A stretch of 64,000 bases of DNA, taken from Candidatus Pollutiaquabacter sp. (GTDB lineage: Bacteria > Bacteroidota > Bacteroidia > AKYH767-A > 2013-40CM-41-45). The notes under the pieces are model-generated. The model was given only the letters and a program-made list of their open reading frames with translations. It ran no database searches and had not been told where the DNA came from. Where the stretch lies: assembly GCA_947465495.1 (NCBI GenBank), contig CANIAS010000002.1, forward strand, positions 14,274-78,273, given 5' to 3'. Below are positions 38,473 to 48,378 of this stretch, in pieces (position 1 is the first letter of the stretch; each line of letters starts with the position of its first letter). Position numbers and translations under genes: made by a program.

Positions 38473-40740
38473 ATGGCTTTTGACCTCGAAATGATTCGCG
38501 CACTCTATCAGCGCATGCCCGAAAGAATCCATACCGCTCGCCAGTTGACTGGACGGCCATTGACATTGACCGAAAAAATACTCTATTCCCATTTGATGGA
38601 AGGAGTTGCCTCGCAGATGTATGAGCGCGGAAAATCCTATGTTGATTTCAACCCAGACAGAGTAGCTATGCAGGATGCAACGGCCCAAATGGCCCTGTTG
38701 CAATTCATGCAAGCTGGTCGCCCTAAGGTTGCTGTTCCATCCACTGTTCACTGCGACCATTTAATCACCGCAAAAACGGGCAGTGGCGAAGACTTGGCGT
38801 TCGCTGAGAAGGAGAATGAAGAAGTCTACGACTTCCTTAGTTCTGTGTCCAACAAATATGGAATCGGATTCTGGAAGCCAGGAGCGGGTATCATTCACCA
38901 GGTAGTATTGGAAAATTATGCTTTCCCGGGAGGGATGATGATTGGAACTGATTCGCACACTGTCAACGCAGGTGGTTTAGGTATGATTGCCATTGGTGTT
39001 GGTGGTGCCGACGCCTGCGATGTCATGGCAGGTCTTCCCTGGGAATTAAAATGGCCGAAACTTATCGGCGTTCGTCTATCCGGAAAATTAAACGGATGGA
39101 CCAGTGCGAAAGATGTAATTCTGAAAGTCGCAGGTATACTTACTGTTAAAGGCGGCACGGGAGCCATTGTTGAATATTTCGGTGACGGAGCCGTGAACAT
39201 GAGCTGCACAGGCAAAGGCACCATTTGCAACATGGGTGCAGAAATCGGCGCCACTACTTCTACATTCGGTTATGACGACAGCATGGAGCGTTACCTGCGT
39301 TCTACCGGTCGTGCCGACGTAGCCGATTTAGCAAACAGCATCCGCGAACATCTGACCGGCGATGCTGAAGCCTACGCGAATCCCGAGCGCTATTTCGATC
39401 AAGTCATTGATATCAACCTGGATGAATTGGAGCCCTATGTAAATGGTCCTTTCTCCCCTGACCTGGCTACTCCAATTAGCAAGATGAAGGAAGCTGCTGC
39501 AGCGAACGATTGGCCGACAAAAGTCGAAGTAGGTCTGATCGGCTCCTGCACGAATTCGTCGTACGAAGACATTGCTCGAGCTGCTTCGTTGGCGCAACAA
39601 GCCGTTGATAAAAAATTAGTCCCTAAAGCAGAATTTACGATTACACCTGGCTCCGAACAAGTACGTTTCACCATCGAGCGCGATGGCTTCATTGGCATCT
39701 TCGACAAGATCGGTGCTAAAGTATTTGCGAATGCTTGCGGACCATGCATCGGCATGTGGGCACGCACTGGAGCTGAGAAGCACGAGAAGAACACCATTGT
39801 GCATTCCTTTAACCGTAATTTCAAAGCGCGCCAAGACAGCAACCCGAATACGTTTGCCTTTGTAGCATCCCCTGAACTTGTCACTGCACTCGCTTTAGCT
39901 GGAGACCTTTCTTTCAATCCATTGACAGACACTTTGACCAACACCGATGGCCAAGCTGTTCGCCTTGACCCGCCATCTGGATCAGAGCTTCCGGCAAAAG
40001 GATTTGCTGTTGGTGATAACGGCTACCAGGCACCAGCTGCCGATGGCTCAACTGTAAAAGTGAACGTTGCAGCGACCAGCAGTCGACTTCAATTGCTGGA
40101 CCCCTTTGCAGCATGGGAAGGTACAGAGCTTCATCAGTTGCGCCTGCTAATCAAAGCAAAAGGAAAATGTACGACGGACCATATTTCACCTGCAGGTAAA
40201 TGGCTTAAATTCCGCGGGCACCTAGACAATATTAGTAACAACATGTTGACGGGTGCTACCAACTTCTTCAACGACGCTACCAACTCCGTCAAGAACCAAT
40301 TGAACGGAACCTATGGCGAAGTGCCAAACGTTCAACGTGCCTATAAGGCAGCCGGAATTGGCTCTATTGTGGTCGGTGACGAAAACTATGGCGAAGGATC
40401 CAGCCGCGAACATGCCGCCATGGAGCCACGCCATCTTGGTGTACGTGCAGTCCTGGTAAAATCGTTCGCACGTATCCACGAAACCAACTTGAAAAAGCAA
40501 GGCATGTTGGCATTGACTTTTGCGAATGTGTCGGATTACGATAAGATTCGGGAGGATGATTTACTGGATATTACCGGATTGACAACCTTCGCACCAGGAG
40601 CCGCACTGAATATCGTCTTACACCATGCTGATGGATACTCGGAAACGTTTGCTGTCAACCACACCTACAATGAAAACCAAATCGAATGGTTCAAAGCAGG
40701 TGGCGCACTGAACATCATCCGTGCATCTGTGAATCAATAA
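38473..40740 (+). CDS. acn: Aconitate hydratase (mitochondrial-type / AcnA-family, 755 aa)
   Basis: Fe-S ligand regions CTNSSYEDI and ANACGPCIG are present, and the family is recognisable throughout (e.g. [25 protein letters not shown]). Confidence 0.9.
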   Translation: MAFDLEMIRALYQRMPERIHTARQLTGRPLTLTEKILYSHLMEGVASQMYERGKSYVDFNPDRVAMQDATAQMALLQFMQAGRPKVAVPSTVHCDHLITAKTGSGEDLAFAEKENEEVYDFLSSVSNKYGIGFWKPGAGIIHQVVLENYAFPGGMMIGTDSHTVNAGGLGMIAIGVGGADACDVMAGLPWELKWPKLIGVRLSGKLNGWTSAKDVILKVAGILTVKGGTGAIVEYFGDGAVNMSCTGKGTICNMGAEIGATTSTFGYDDSMERYLRSTGRADVADLANSIREHLTGDAEAYANPERYFDQVIDINLDELEPYVNGPFSPDLATPISKMKEAAAANDWPTKVEVGLIGSCTNSSYEDIARAASLAQQAVDKKLVPKAEFTITPGSEQVRFTIERDGFIGIFDKIGAKVFANACGPCIGMWARTGAEKHEKNTIVHSFNRNFKARQDSNPNTFAFVASPELVTALALAGDLSFNPLTDTLTNTDGQAVRLDPPSGSELPAKGFAVGDNGYQAPAADGSTVKVNVAATSSRLQLLDPFAAWEGTELHQLRLLIKAKGKCTTDHISPAGKWLKFRGHLDNISNNMLTGATNFFNDATNSVKNQLNGTYGEVPNVQRAYKAAGIGSIVVGDENYGEGSSREHAAMEPRHLGVRAVLVKSFARIHETNLKKQGMLALTFANVSDYDKIREDDLLDITGLTTFAPGAALNIVLHHADGYSETFAVNHTYNENQIEWFKAGGALNIIRASVNQ

Positions 40741-40757
40741 TTCCAATCTAAATTTTC

Positions 40758-40788
40758 GAGACCCCGCCACACACGGGGTCTTTTTTTT
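40758..40788 (+). terminator. Intrinsic terminator of the aconitase gene
   Basis: A stem gagaccccg / cggggtc with an 8-nt loop is followed by TTTTTTTT. Confidence 0.75.
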
Positions 40789-40808
40789 ACCTTTCTCCAT
40801 CCTGCAAT

Positions 40809-42185
40809 TTGAGCACCGAACAACAACATATCGCCATCATTGGGGGTGGATTCTGTGGTACTATGACTGCCTTTCATGTACTTCACCAAAACCCCTTTTC
40901 GAGCGTATCTCTTTTCGAATCCGGATCGATGCCTGGACAGGGAGTTGCCTATACCACCTATTCTTCAGGGCATTTACTGAATGTGGTTGCGAGAAACATG
41001 AGCGCCCTTCCTGATCATCCTTCCGATTTTGTTGAGTGGCTACACCGCAGGGAGGAATACCGCCACCTCGGCACACCAGAGATTAACCAATTGTATGCCC
41101 CGAGAACTTTGTACGGAATTTACTTACGTAACAAGCTGGATGAACTTAAAAATAAGTTTCCATTGCGCTTCACCATCGTACCAGAACGTATCATTGGTTG
41201 TCGTCTTCTCAACGGAAGTATCGAACTCACCAGCTCAACAGGAAAGCAGCTGGTTTTCGACAAAGTGGTACTTGCCACGGGCAATTTCCTTCCTGGTAAA
41301 CCGAAAGGAATCCCTCAATCATTCACTAGTAGCACAAATTATTTCAACGACCCGTGGAGTGAAAAATCTGTGAGCAACCTGTCCGGAGAATTACCCGTGT
41401 TAATTGTCGGCACTGGCTTGACGATGGTCGATGTAGTCATCGGAATTTCTGAGAAAAGAAAAGACCAAAAGATTATCGCGATTTCTCCAAAAGGCTTTGA
41501 AATATTATCGCACAAACAATATGAACATCAGCCGGCCATTCTGGATGATTTGAAGCCACCCTATCAGTTGGATGAACTTGTTCGTTTGTTTAGAAGCCAT
41601 CTCCGTGCTGTATGGAAACTTGGAATCACGGGAGAAACTGTCGTAGATGCAATTCGTAGTAAGACACAAGAAATCTGGACATCACTGACGCCGACGGAAC
41701 GAAAACGTTTCCTGTCCCACCTTCGTCATCTATGGGGACTTGCACGTCATCGTTTACCAGAGGGCATCCATTCTATCATACGTCAATTGCGGCAGCGTGG
41801 CCAACTGATTGTATTGGCAGGACGGATAATAGATGTCCATGAAGATTCTAATTCCATCGCAGTCACCTATCAGGAACGGTCAACAAAAAACATACGTGAA
41901 CTACAGGTTAGTCGGGTCATCAATTGCACCGGACCACAGACCAATGTAGAACGATTGACCGATCCATTGTTTATTGATTTATTGAAAAATGGAATAGTCC
42001 AGCCAGACCCACTCGGTATGGGAATTTCATGCGATCTAAAAGGTCACCCTATTGATTCAACCGGATCATCCATAAAAAAAATTTTAGCCATCGGCTCCTT
42101 GTTAAAAGGCGATCTTTGGGAAAGCACCGCAGTGCCCGAACTTCGGGCACAAGCTTCCGCAGCAGCGAAGGAATTGTTTTCGTAA
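40809..42185 (+). CDS. FAD/NAD(P)-binding oxidoreductase of unknown specificity
   Basis: 458 aa. The N-terminal dinucleotide-binding motif is IAIIGGGFCGTMTA and a second Rossmann segment VLIVGTGLTMVDV is present. It may be co-transcribed downstream of acn. Confidence 0.6.
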   Translation: MSTEQQHIAIIGGGFCGTMTAFHVLHQNPFSSVSLFESGSMPGQGVAYTTYSSGHLLNVVARNMSALPDHPSDFVEWLHRREEYRHLGTPEINQLYAPRTLYGIYLRNKLDELKNKFPLRFTIVPERIIGCRLLNGSIELTSSTGKQLVFDKVVLATGNFLPGKPKGIPQSFTSSTNYFNDPWSEKSVSNLSGELPVLIVGTGLTMVDVVIGISEKRKDQKIIAISPKGFEILSHKQYEHQPAILDDLKPPYQLDELVRLFRSHLRAVWKLGITGETVVDAIRSKTQEIWTSLTPTERKRFLSHLRHLWGLARHRLPEGIHSIIRQLRQRGQLIVLAGRIIDVHEDSNSIAVTYQERSTKNIRELQVSRVINCTGPQTNVERLTDPLFIDLLKNGIVQPDPLGMGISCDLKGHPIDSTGSSIKKILAIGSLLKGDLWESTAVPELRAQASAAAKELFS

Positions 42186-42275
42186 AACACGATAAACTTT
42201 ACTAGTAACCGTTTGTTAAAGTAGGTTAATTGCAAACTATTTTCTGAACAACCACGTTCCAACTTTAAACGAACA

Positions 42276-42785
42276 ATGAACCGAATACTCCTTTTACAAA
42301 TCATACTACTCTCGCAACTTATTTGCGCTTGCGGACAATCAACAACTAATAGCACACAGGATTTACCCATAACCAATTCAAATACCATGAACGACTCCAC
42401 GCTACCAACCAACCAAGAACTCAGACAAAGACTTACTGCCGAACAATGGTATATTACCCAGGAGAAAGGAACTGAGCGCGCGTTCACTGGCGAATATTGG
42501 GATCATCATGAAAAGGGAATCTACGAATGCGTATGCTGCGGATTGCCGCTTTTCGTATCCGACACCAAATTCGAGAGCGGATGTGGATGGCCCAGTTTTT
42601 TTCAGGCTGTAAAAAAAGAGAACGTCAAAGAGATTCTCGATAAGAGCCATGGGATGATTCGCACTGAAATAACCTGTGGTCGTTGCGGTGCGCACTTGGG
42701 ACATGTATTCAACGATGGACCACCTCCCACCGGACTTCGCTATTGCTTGAATTCTGGTGCGATGCGCTTTGTACCATCAAAGTGA
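42276..42785 (+). CDS. msrB: Peptide-methionine (R)-S-oxide reductase MsrB with an N-terminal lipoprotein signal (periplasmic or surface MsrB)
   Basis: 169 aa. A signal with lipobox ([10 protein letters not shown]) is present. The MsrB zinc ribbon and active site are CVCCGLPLF...GCGWPSF...[16 protein letters not shown]. Confidence 0.85.
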   Translation: MNRILLLQIILLSQLICACGQSTTNSTQDLPITNSNTMNDSTLPTNQELRQRLTAEQWYITQEKGTERAFTGEYWDHHEKGIYECVCCGLPLFVSDTKFESGCGWPSFFQAVKKENVKEILDKSHGMIRTEITCGRCGAHLGHVFNDGPPPTGLRYCLNSGAMRFVPSK

Positions 42786-42786
42786 A

Positions 42787-45039
42787 TCAATCTTGAATAA
42801 TAATTCGCGTTACCGCTACGGCGTTGTTACGCTCCATTTTTAAGAAATAAATTCCTGACGAAAGTCCTCTTAGCGACAAATTAACTCTGTTATGCCACGA
42901 ATCCATCTGCGTAACACTGCGCCCCAACTGATCCATCAACACTAAACGACTGAGACTACGAGCATCATTGTCATCAAATACAATGAGCAGATTATCATGA
43001 GCGGGATTCGGATAAACAGAAAACTGCAACTGGCTTTCAGGACTTGAAATATCGGACGTGCCATTGTGTTGATACCACAATTGCGCACCTCCGGATGATT
43101 GACCAATCACCAGATCACAGAATCCATCATTATTCAGATCACCTCCGCCCACAGAAACATTAAATCGGATTCGAGAAGATTCTGTTGCATCATACAAAGA
43201 ATCGATAAGCGTATAAGCTCCTAGAATATTACCGTCAATATTACCATAGAAATAAACATTCCCTGCCATGTTGGAAGCGGCCAAACGATATGTACCTGCG
43301 CTGTCATAAACAAAAGGAACTGAATATCCGTCCGTATAGCCTGGTGATTGCAATATGATACGACCCAATGTGTCTTCAGAAGGAATGCTAGAAAAGGCAG
43401 CAGAATTTGTAGTTCCAATGTTTTTATAAAGATTAATAAAACCGTTTTTTTCTCCGGATACAATATCGAGCTTTCCATCACGGTCAAGATCCACCAACTG
43501 CGGCGTTGCATTATTACCAACGTCTATCGCCATAAAATTGGCTACTGCCAGCTGAAAGGCACCCGCATTATTTATGAAATACTGCAACTTGCCATCTTCT
43601 GTCCCCAATAATAAATCTTTGTCGCCATCATTGTCAAGATCACCAAAAGCAGGATAAATGGTGGAATTATATGCGAGCGTGCTAATTCCAGCAAGGTCAT
43701 CATCCATCAGATCGAAGATCGGAGCAGAAGATGTTCCAATATTGTGGAGATAGTAAAGACGGGTCGAGTAATACGAAGTTGCTGTATCGTACACTGAACC
43801 TGCTACAACCAGATCATTCAATCCATCACTATCTAAATCGATCACAACAGGAGCCGCATTTTCACCAACATCGAGCATGGTATTTTGTAAGAAGTCTGTT
43901 GCCAAACGATGAAACACAGGAAGACTAGTGGAACCTTGGTTCTTGTAAATCCATTGAGCCGCTTTGTTCTCGTATTCATTGGGAGAAACGATCAGGTCTT
44001 TCAATCCATCGTTATCTACATCCAGATAAGCATGTGAATGAAATCCATTAAAGATTGCTGGTATATCCATAGAAGGGTAATTGACATCTTGGGAATCCAT
44101 AGCAGCGACTTGTGAAGTACCGCCGTTGTAGACAAGCAACGATGTTAATGCAGAGATATCACCAACCAACAAATCCTTATCGGCATCACCATCAATATCG
44201 ATGGAGAAAATACTAGTAACGGTATCATCGCGTTTAGCTTCTTCGTAGGAATATGACAAAGGATCGTTAAGATACGGATTAGATGACCCACGGCAGGGGC
44301 AACCAAAACAACCCACCTCGTTCGCACCACCAACACGAAATGCGAAATTACCCCAACAAGCGTTGGCGTAATTGAAGATCAACGAATCGCAGATTCCATA
44401 GGTCTCCATGGATTCGTTTTTATGCAAGATGACGCGACCATCAGGAATAGAATTATATCCGAGAATATCCATATCACCATCACCATCGACATCATCGAAA
44501 GCTGGAAGCAACACGCCGGAAGCAAATACCGGAAAAACCGTAGTGCTGAACGACTCTTCCAGAATAGGATCAACCAAGGTAAAACGAAGCCCGGTTGCCG
44601 GCGAATAGTCGTTGCGATAACAAGCAATACACGAAGGGTAGATCGGTGATAATGTGAAGAGATCTTCTTTGCCGTCGCAGTTATAATCATACATCAATGC
44701 CCAACGGTTAATGTAGGGGAATTTTGATGCGTAGGATGGATCATATTTCCACGCACTTAAGGAGTTGCTTCCATCATTGACATAGCACGTCAAGCGGCTA
44801 TTAACACGGTCATAGGCAACCATGTCTTTCACTCCATCCCCATTCAAATCAACCGAATTAAATAGCGGGAAATTTAATCCACCGGCCCATGCATTCTGCA
44901 GTGCTACACCATTTTCAAATAGAGACACAGTATCCTGCCGATCAAAACGCACCTGCGCACGAATGGTAGTCCATCCAGAAAAAGCGAAAATGCATACAGC
45001 AAATAAAATGCTGCGAAATGGAAGTGGTAGGATTTTCAT
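42787..45039 (-). CDS. FG-GAP (integrin-alpha-like) repeat protein with a T9SS C-terminal sorting domain
   Basis: 750 aa with a signal peptide. At least 8 Ca-binding FG-GAP loops are present (DLNGDGVKDMV, DVDGDGDMDIL, DIDGDADKDLLVGD, DVDNDGLKDLIV, DLDSDGLNDLVVAG, DLDNDGDKDLLLG, DLDRDGKLDIV, DLNNDGFCDLVIG). The CTD is VYPNPAHDNLLIVF...GIYFLKM...RIIIQD. Confidence 0.85.
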   Translation of the reverse strand: MKILPLPFRSILFAVCIFAFSGWTTIRAQVRFDRQDTVSLFENGVALQNAWAGGLNFPLFNSVDLNGDGVKDMVAYDRVNSRLTCYVNDGSNSLSAWKYDPSYASKFPYINRWALMYDYNCDGKEDLFTLSPIYPSCIACYRNDYSPATGLRFTLVDPILEESFSTTVFPVFASGVLLPAFDDVDGDGDMDILGYNSIPDGRVILHKNESMETYGICDSLIFNYANACWGNFAFRVGGANEVGCFGCPCRGSSNPYLNDPLSYSYEEAKRDDTVTSIFSIDIDGDADKDLLVGDISALTSLLVYNGGTSQVAAMDSQDVNYPSMDIPAIFNGFHSHAYLDVDNDGLKDLIVSPNEYENKAAQWIYKNQGSTSLPVFHRLATDFLQNTMLDVGENAAPVVIDLDSDGLNDLVVAGSVYDTATSYYSTRLYYLHNIGTSSAPIFDLMDDDLAGISTLAYNSTIYPAFGDLDNDGDKDLLLGTEDGKLQYFINNAGAFQLAVANFMAIDVGNNATPQLVDLDRDGKLDIVSGEKNGFINLYKNIGTTNSAAFSSIPSEDTLGRIILQSPGYTDGYSVPFVYDSAGTYRLAASNMAGNVYFYGNIDGNILGAYTLIDSLYDATESSRIRFNVSVGGGDLNNDGFCDLVIGQSSGGAQLWYQHNGTSDISSPESQLQFSVYPNPAHDNLLIVFDDNDARSLSRLVLMDQLGRSVTQMDSWHNRVNLSLRGLSSGIYFLKMERNNAVAVTRIIIQD

Positions 45040-45163
45040 AGCTCCTAAGATACGGAGTAACGAGGTAAAACTTTCCCTCTAAAAGTCATAAAAACCAAAA
45101 GAATTAACAACCTCCGGAGTTTAACCGTGAATCCGTATTTTTAGGCGACCAATCAAAAACAAA

Positions 45164-45655
45164 ATGGCTTCCTTCGACATCGTCTCCAAAACAGACCTTC
45201 AGAAACTCGACAATGCCATCAACACGGCTGTTAAAGAGATTCTCAACCGCTTTGACTTCAACGGCTCAAAAACTACGGTAGAGCTCGACAAAAAGACGAT
45301 GATGATTCACATTGTGACCGAGAACGACATGCGACTAAAAGCGATCGAAGGTATCATCATCGGTCGTATGGTAAAGCAGCAGCTAAGCAGCTCTTGCCTT
45401 GACTTCGGTAAAGAAATGTACGCTTCCGGAAATATGGTAAAAAAAGATATTACGGTCAAGCAAGGCATTGACAAGGACACTGCTAAGAAAATCGTAAAAA
45501 TCATCAAGGAGAGCGGCAAAAAGGTTCAGGCCTCCATCATGGACGAACAAGTACGCGTCACCGGAAAAAAAATTGATGATTTGCAAGAGATCATTTCACT
45601 GATGGAAGGCCATTCGATTGGAACACCGCTACAGTACGAAAACTACCGTAACTGA
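45164..45655 (+). CDS. yajQ: YajQ-family (UPF0234) nucleotide-binding protein
   Basis: 163 aa. MASFDIVSKTDLQKLDNAINTAVKEILNRFDFNGS is a characteristic YajQ N-terminus. Confidence 0.8.
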   Translation: MASFDIVSKTDLQKLDNAINTAVKEILNRFDFNGSKTTVELDKKTMMIHIVTENDMRLKAIEGIIIGRMVKQQLSSSCLDFGKEMYASGNMVKKDITVKQGIDKDTAKKIVKIIKESGKKVQASIMDEQVRVTGKKIDDLQEIISLMEGHSIGTPLQYENYRN

Positions 45656-45843
45656 GCTGGCTGAGCAATGACGCACGTGCGTGTCATCGACCTGACCTGC
45701 GGCATTATTTACAACGAACGAATTGAAAAGTCTAGTGGTAGCAATTCACAAGTACTTAATATTGGACAACTAACCAAAAGTGTTCACATGCTACGATTGG
45801 AAAAACCCGATCAACCAACAGCATTGAAACGTTTGATTATTCA

Positions 45844-45878
45844 ATAAAAAAACCGGGTTGGCCGCCCGGGATTTTTTT
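45844..45878. terminator. Bidirectional intrinsic terminator between the convergent yajQ and pheT
   Basis: A hairpin ccggg-ttggccg-cccgg is flanked by an A-run upstream and a T-run downstream. Confidence 0.6.
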
Positions 45879-45887
45879 GAACTCCAA

Positions 45888-48332
45888 TTATGCTTTACGA
45901 ATAACCGCAGCGACCTCTTTCTCGAAAGTCAACATCAACTTATCCATTACCTTATCGATTTGCTGATCCGTCAACGTCTGTTGCTCATCCTGCAGCAAGA
46001 AAGCTACCGCATAGGACTTCTTACCTGCTTCAATTTTATCGCCATCGTAAACATCAAAGAGACGAACATCCTTCAGTAATTTTCGCTCGGTCTTGTAGGC
46101 CAATTCTTCAATTCGACCAAATTGCACTTCTTGCGAAATTAACATGGATAAATCACGACGAACTTGTGGAAATTTGGGTATATCGACTACTTGTACCGGC
46201 TTTTTCCTTGCAAGTTTTAATAGGGTATCCCAACTGAAATCAGCGAACACAGTATCGGCGGTGATATCAAATCGTTTCAACATGGAACGTTTCAACGTGC
46301 CAAAAGTAACCACCACCCGATCACCGGATTTCAAGGTGACACCGGAAGAAAATGAAGAATGGTTAGCATCGGAGACGTTGAATTTACCTGCATCGATTCC
46401 ACAATTTTCCAGAACTCGCTGTACGAATCCTTTCAATAGAAAATGATCAACAGCAATATCTTTTGAATTCCACGACGCCTCTTTTTCGGCTCCACTTAAA
46501 AAAAGAACAAGGTGTTTCTTTTCATGATAACCGTCCTGCAATCGATGGTATGATTTTCCGAATTCAAAAAAACGTACATCAGACTGCTTGCGATTGCGGT
46601 TGTATTGAATGGCTTCTAAGCCCGTGTGTAATAACTCTTGCCGTAGTATGCCCAAATCCTGACTCAACGGATTGAGCAATCGAACAGCATCGTCGGGAGC
46701 GTTTCCTGACTCCTCCGCATAGGCGGCTCGTGTAAGGGAATTCGTAAACAACTCATTGAAACCATTGGCTGCTAAAAAGGAGGCAATTTTTTCCTGCAAC
46801 GCTTCCTCATCAAATCCAACTACTGCCGGCAGAGAAACGTTCAGCTTAGCAGGAACCGGAATATTGTTGTAGCCATAAATTCGAAGCACCTCTTCCACCA
46901 CATCAACAGAACGCGTAACATCTACTTTTCCGGTAGGAATGGAAACAGTGCAACCCTTATCTGAACTTCTCACCACCTGCATACCTAATGACTGTACTAT
47001 GATTAACACTGATTCACGATCAATGAAATGTCCACTAAAACGGTCGAGATAATTATAGTCAAGTTCAACCTGTACCGGTTCTATTACGTCTGGATAATGA
47101 TCGATGATTTGAGATGTAATTTTACCACCTGCAATTTCTCGAATAAGCGAAGCAGCTCGCAGTAGCGCATAACGTGTGATGGAGGGGTCAGCGCCACGCT
47201 CATAACGGAACGAAGCATCGGTTTTCAACCCATGAAACTTTCCTGTCTTACGGATGGAAGCAGGATCAAAATACGCGCTTTCCAAAAAAACACTCTTTGT
47301 TGAAGCAGTAATCCCTGAATCCAAACCACCAAATACTCCTGCGATGCACATTGACCGCTCTGCGTTACAAATCATCAGATCATTGGCAGACAATTCCCGT
47401 TCAACCGAATCAAGGGTTACAAACTTTTCAGCGGATTGAGCTCTACGCACATGAACGCTTCCGCCAACAATCTTATCCGCATCGAATGCGTGCAATGGTT
47501 GCCCACATTCATGCAATACATAATTAGTAATATCGACAATGTTGTTGATTGGACCAATACCGATGGCTTGCAATTTCTGCTTTAACCAATCTGGTGAATC
47601 TGCAACTGTCACATCTTCCAAGGTAATCCCCGTATACCTAGGGCAGCCTTTTGCATCGTGTATTGTGACTGATATCGATTTGCCCGGGCGATCAATTTCA
47701 CAGGAGGATACTTCTGGCATAGTTATTCGGAAAGCATGCTGGTTCCTGGCCTTCAGATTAAGTATCGCAGCTAGATCGCGGGCTACACCTAGGTGAGAAG
47801 CTGCATCCACACGATTAGGGGTTAAACCAATCTCGAAAACAATATCATCTTCTAGGTTAAAATAACTTTTAGCTGTTTGGCCAACAACTGCGGTTTCGGG
47901 GAGCACAAGAATTCCTTCGTGGGAACGACCTAATCCAATTTCGTCTTCAGCACAAATCATCCCCTCGGACAATTCGCCCCGAATCTTTGATTTTTTGATT
48001 TCAAAAGATTCACCTGAGGTGGGATGCACCGTTGTACCAACAGGAGCCACCACCACACGCTGGCCCACAGCTACGTTAGGCGCACCACAAACAATTTGAA
48101 GATCCTGACCACTACCTATATCAACGGTAGTCAAACTGAGTTTATCTGCATTCGGATGCCGTAAGCAGGTTTTAACTTGACCAATCACCAATCCCGATAA
48201 GCCACCCTTAACGGTTTGAAAAACCGATGTCCCTTCGACTTCTAGTCCGCAATCAGTCAACAACACAGCTACTTCCTCGGGAGCAAGTTCGACGGGAAGG
48301 TATTGCTTTAGCCAGTTATAAGTTATTTTCAT
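45888..48332 (-). CDS. pheT: Phenylalanine--tRNA ligase beta subunit
   Basis: 814 aa. MKITYNWLKQYLP is the typical PheT N-terminus. The tRNA-binding, B3/B4, B5 and FDX-ACB regions are recognisable. Confidence 0.9.
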   Translation of the reverse strand: MKITYNWLKQYLPVELAPEEVAVLLTDCGLEVEGTSVFQTVKGGLSGLVIGQVKTCLRHPNADKLSLTTVDIGSGQDLQIVCGAPNVAVGQRVVVAPVGTTVHPTSGESFEIKKSKIRGELSEGMICAEDEIGLGRSHEGILVLPETAVVGQTAKSYFNLEDDIVFEIGLTPNRVDAASHLGVARDLAAILNLKARNQHAFRITMPEVSSCEIDRPGKSISVTIHDAKGCPRYTGITLEDVTVADSPDWLKQKLQAIGIGPINNIVDITNYVLHECGQPLHAFDADKIVGGSVHVRRAQSAEKFVTLDSVERELSANDLMICNAERSMCIAGVFGGLDSGITASTKSVFLESAYFDPASIRKTGKFHGLKTDASFRYERGADPSITRYALLRAASLIREIAGGKITSQIIDHYPDVIEPVQVELDYNYLDRFSGHFIDRESVLIIVQSLGMQVVRSSDKGCTVSIPTGKVDVTRSVDVVEEVLRIYGYNNIPVPAKLNVSLPAVVGFDEEALQEKIASFLAANGFNELFTNSLTRAAYAEESGNAPDDAVRLLNPLSQDLGILRQELLHTGLEAIQYNRNRKQSDVRFFEFGKSYHRLQDGYHEKKHLVLFLSGAEKEASWNSKDIAVDHFLLKGFVQRVLENCGIDAGKFNVSDANHSSFSSGVTLKSGDRVVVTFGTLKRSMLKRFDITADTVFADFSWDTLLKLARKKPVQVVDIPKFPQVRRDLSMLISQEVQFGRIEELAYKTERKLLKDVRLFDVYDGDKIEAGKKSYAVAFLLQDEQQTLTDQQIDKVMDKLMLTFEKEVAAVIRKA

Positions 48333-48378
48333 ACGCCAGAATTGAGGCGTAAAGATAATCGTTTCAAGGTCCTATTCA

